The position numbers and the translations under genes are program-made. From positions 2,048,001 through 2,112,000 of the forward strand of contig OY781964.1 of NCBI GenBank assembly GCA_963677485.1: DNA of 64,000 nt. The letters are read 5' to 3'. Source of the stretch: Armatimonadota bacterium. Its GTDB lineage: Bacteria; Armatimonadota; HRBIN16. This document shows, piece after piece, positions 60,905-64,000 of the stretch (its first letter is position 1; each line of letters opens with the position of its first letter). Below the pieces are notes generated by a model. That model was not told where the DNA came from. It saw nothing but the letters and a program-made list of their open reading frames with translations, and made no database searches.

Positions 60905-63286
60905 TTAGGCGGAAGCCTTCTTGCCGTCGCGCTTACTCCACCAGCAGGCGAAGACAAACAGAACGATAGCAACCACCACGATTGTGGTTCGGGTGCCAAC
61001 GGTCATGTCTGCAGACACGACTACTGGAGCCATCAAGATACCGACCAGGTTCATAACCTTGATCAACGGGTTCAATGCGGGACCAGCGGTGTCCTTGAAT
61101 GGGTCACCAACGGTGTCGCAGATGACGGCCGCTTTATGGTTATCGGAACCCTTGCCGCCGTAGTTACCGTCTTCGATCAGTTTCTTGGAGTTATCCCATG
61201 CGCCACCAGAGTTGCTGAGCAGAACAGCCATGAGCTGACCTGTCACGATAGCGCCTACCAGGTAACCACCAAGTGCCTGAGCACCCTTGATTGGATCACC
61301 GTAGCCCATACCGAAGCCCACGATGACGGGCAGGGTGATGGCGATGATGCCAGGGCCAAGCAGCTCTTTCTGAGCAGCGGCGGTCACGATAGCTACGCAG
61401 GCTGCGTAGTCAGGTTTTTCCTTGAAGGTCATGATACCGGGTCTCTCACGGAACTGTCGGCGGACCTCAAGGATCAGCTCGGTCGCAGCGCGGCCAACGG
61501 CCTGTATTGTGAAGGAGCTGAACAGGAAGGGAGCAGCGCCACCGATCAACAGACCGATGAATATCTCAGGGATGTCCACAGACAGTGCGCCTGCTTTGAG
61601 TCCTGCATCAGCCACGAAGGAGTGGAACAGGGCTACAGCGGCGATAACTGCGGTTGCGATGGCGAAGCCCTTGGTCAGTGCCTTGGTGGTGTTACCCACG
61701 GCATCCAACCGGCTTACGATGCGGGCACCGCGGCCATCTTCGCTCTGCTCGGAAGCATCGCTCATCTCGAAAATTCCCTGAGCGTTGTCAGAGATCGGTC
61801 CGAAGGTGTCCATGGCAAGAATGAAACCGGTGGTGCTCAACAGGCCAAGACCTGTCAGCGCGATTCCATAGAAGCTCAACAGACTACTTCCACCATAGAG
61901 CGATGGGGGGAAGATAAACAGAGGCAGCATCAATGCACCGCAGATCGCCAATACGCTCCAGACAGAGCTCTCAAGTCCGACTGCGAAGCCGGAGATGATC
62001 ATGGTGGCAGCACCGGTGGTGCTGGATTCTGCGATATCTTTGACCGGCTTGTGCTCGGTGCTGGTGAAGTATTCGGTCAGTTTGTCAATGACACCAGCCA
62101 GCAGAAGACCAGCGGAGTTGGCTGCGAAGAATCGCCACCAATCGACGTGGACAGCAGTGCCGTTTATGTTGACATAAATGTCTTTCATGTAGAGGTAGCT
62201 AACTACAGCGAAGCCAACAAGCGCAACAGCCCAGCTCAACAGGAATCCCTTATTGATGGGTACCATTGGGTCTTGCTTGTCGTCTTCATTACCGCGAACG
62301 GCAAGGATGCCGATCACTGAGGCAAACACACCAACCACACGCACAAGCAGTGCGTAGATGATCAGCTTCAGAACGCCATTGTTATCAGGGCCGAACAGGC
62401 CGTTACATGCTGCACCAAGGATGATAGCGGCCACGAGGGTCACTTCATAGCTCTCGAATACGTCAGCAGCCATACCAGCGCAGTCGCCTACGTTGTCGCC
62501 TACATTGTCGGCGATGGTGGCTGGGTTGCGGGGGTCGTCCTCAGGGATTCCGGCTTCTACCTTACCCACGAGGTCGGCACCAACGTCAGCAGCCTTGGTG
62601 AAAATGCCTCCACCAACACGCATGAAGAGGGCGGCCAGGCTTCCACCAAATCCGAAGCCCACCAAAACCTTCATAGCATCTTGCTTGAAGATCATGAAGA
62701 TTACGATGGCACCCAGAAGGCCCATGCCCACCGTGAACATACCGGACACGGCACCAGCCTGGAAAGCGGTCTCCAGGGCGCCCTTGAAACTCTTGATAGC
62801 CTGGTTTGCGGTTCGGACGTTGGCCTTGACAGCCATATCCATACCCACCACGCCGGCCAGGTAACTGAACATTACGCCGAAGAAGAATGCGACGCCAACA
62901 CCCACATAGAGCATGGGTTTTTCATCGCCATAGATCGGCTTATACATGAATATCAGGCCAACCGCGATGATGATGACGAAAGGCAGCATCATTTTGATCT
63001 GTTGCTTCAAGTAGGCATAAGCTCCGGCCTTTACGGCGTCGGAAACTTCGACCATAGAAGCACTACCTGCTGGTTTGGCAAGAGTAATTTTGCGAAGCCA
63101 GACGCCGAAAACGAGACACAGTATTGCGGCAGCTAAAACGCACCACAGCAGATTCCATTCTGTGGGTCCAAATTCCGGAAGTTTAATGTCACCCTCGCCA
63201 GCATGGGCTGCACTGGCTATAGCAGCCAGACCCATCACCGGCAGCAGGCGCATTGCTGTCCGTATTCGGTTGTAATACGCATTCAT
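60905..63286 (-). CDS. hppA: Membrane-bound H+-translocating pyrophosphatase, K+-independent type
   Basis: GGGIFTKAADVGADLVGKVE, EDDPRN, DNVGDNVGD. GNTTKA carries the Lys that marks K+-independent enzymes. Confidence 0.95.
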   Translation of the reverse strand: MNAYYNRIRTAMRLLPVMGLAAIASAAHAGEGDIKLPEFGPTEWNLLWCVLAAAILCLVFGVWLRKITLAKPAGSASMVEVSDAVKAGAYAYLKQQIKMMLPFVIIIAVGLIFMYKPIYGDEKPMLYVGVGVAFFFGVMFSYLAGVVGMDMAVKANVRTANQAIKSFKGALETAFQAGAVSGMFTVGMGLLGAIVIFMIFKQDAMKVLVGFGFGGSLAALFMRVGGGIFTKAADVGADLVGKVEAGIPEDDPRNPATIADNVGDNVGDCAGMAADVFESYEVTLVAAIILGAACNGLFGPDNNGVLKLIIYALLVRVVGVFASVIGILAVRGNEDDKQDPMVPINKGFLLSWAVALVGFAVVSYLYMKDIYVNINGTAVHVDWWRFFAANSAGLLLAGVIDKLTEYFTSTEHKPVKDIAESSTTGAATMIISGFAVGLESSVWSVLAICGALMLPLFIFPPSLYGGSSLLSFYGIALTGLGLLSTTGFILAMDTFGPISDNAQGIFEMSDASEQSEDGRGARIVSRLDAVGNTTKALTKGFAIATAVIAAVALFHSFVADAGLKAGALSVDIPEIFIGLLIGGAAPFLFSSFTIQAVGRAATELILEVRRQFRERPGIMTFKEKPDYAACVAIVTAAAQKELLGPGIIAITLPVIVGFGMGYGDPIKGAQALGGYLVGAIVTGQLMAVLLSNSGGAWDNSKKLIEDGNYGGKGSDNHKAAVICDTVGDPFKDTAGPALNPLIKVMNLVGILMAPVVVSADMTVGTRTTIVVVAIVLFVFACWWSKRDGKKASA

Positions 63287-63642
63287 AATGCGGTAAGTCC
63301 TCCTCGAACTAAGAAAAGCGAATTTGGATTTTCTGTAGCGTAGAACCAGACTGGGCTGTTGACCTCACCATTGCGGTGCCGCCCCTCTTGGTTTGAAAAA
63401 CTTGTGATTCTACCTGTTTATGTTGATTATACGCAACCTTCGCCATAAATCTCAAACTTCAGCACGAACCCACCCTGTATTTTATACTTAATTTCAACCA
63501 TTTGGTAGGTGCATACTAATAGGTATATTATTACGGATAAAGGCGTACCGATTGGCTGGACTGGCGAATTTGAAATTGTGACATGTAGGATGAGTAGGAC
63601 GAGTAGGACAGCACGCCATCTGGTAAAATCCCGGCTGCCAGC

Positions 63643-64000
63643 CTATCCCTTGCCGGGCTGGCAATGGTGGCACACCGTTTCGGGGCCCATGTGGTAGCAA
63701 CTGCAGATGGGGCACTTCAGCCAGCCAGCCTTCTTGCGCTGTAACTGGATTTTGGCCAGCATCTCCAGCCGCTCAATCATAAACGCCCGCTTTTCCATGT
63801 CTGGTTCCGATTCGGTCTGGTGCTCTATTTTCAAGCGGGTGCGGTCATCCAGCTCCACAAACTTCAACTTCGCCAGCTCTTTGGGCAGCTCAGGGTCAGC
63901 CTGCAGTTTTTGCTTGGGCCGACGGCTGCGCTGCTTTAGGATGATCTCTGCGAATATCGGCTCGGTGGCCCCCTCATTCAGCTTCTCCAGCAGCATCTCT
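63643..64000 (-). CDS. Partial CDS (C-terminus), with CxxC...CxxC tail (DUF721/DciA-like is possible)
   Basis: Frame is open to the window edge and ends GWLKCPICSCYH....VCHHC. Confidence 0.55.
   Translation of the reverse strand, partial: EMLLEKLNEGATEPIFAEIILKQRSRRPKQKLQADPELPKELAKLKFVELDDRTRLKIEHQTESEPDMEKRAFMIERLEMLAKIQLQRKKAGWLKCPICSCYHMGPETVCHHCQPGKG

Noticed and set aside
63290-63420. Ion-sensing riboswitch upstream of hppA
   Set aside because: Only a small hairpin (CACC-GCAAT-GGTG within GGGC/GCCC). I could not match it to a known aptamer.

Overview
A 64 kb bacterial chromosomal window. A PEP-CTERM protein, a prepilin/DUF1559 H-X9-DG protein, an RCC1-repeat protein with a dockerin-like tail and many uncharacterised glycosidases suggest Armatimonadota or a similar lineage (inference only). 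The left end holds housekeeping genes: parAB with a perfect parS inside parB, galK, DUF151, rho, hpt and guaA. Next come a 4-gene ABC-2 system, a VapBC-like pair, a ZTP-riboswitch-led transformylase-only purH cluster, and a self-contained DUF3800 cassette with a convergent structured RNA and flanking direct repeats. These are followed by cstA, a sialidase-like gene, a 1.2 kb composite repeat array, NlpC/P60 and gnd. From about 26 to 60 kb lies a long CAZyme-like tract, then a K+-independent membrane pyrophosphatase. Several REP/REPIN-like families fill the intergenic spaces. The best leads are the DUF3800 + ncRNA cassette, a dispersed inverted-repeat element with an invariant 30-nt variable spacer, a ~310-nt highly structured intergenic element, and two secreted-protein genes each split by one in-frame stop. 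All family assignments come from motif recognition by eye; no database searches were run.
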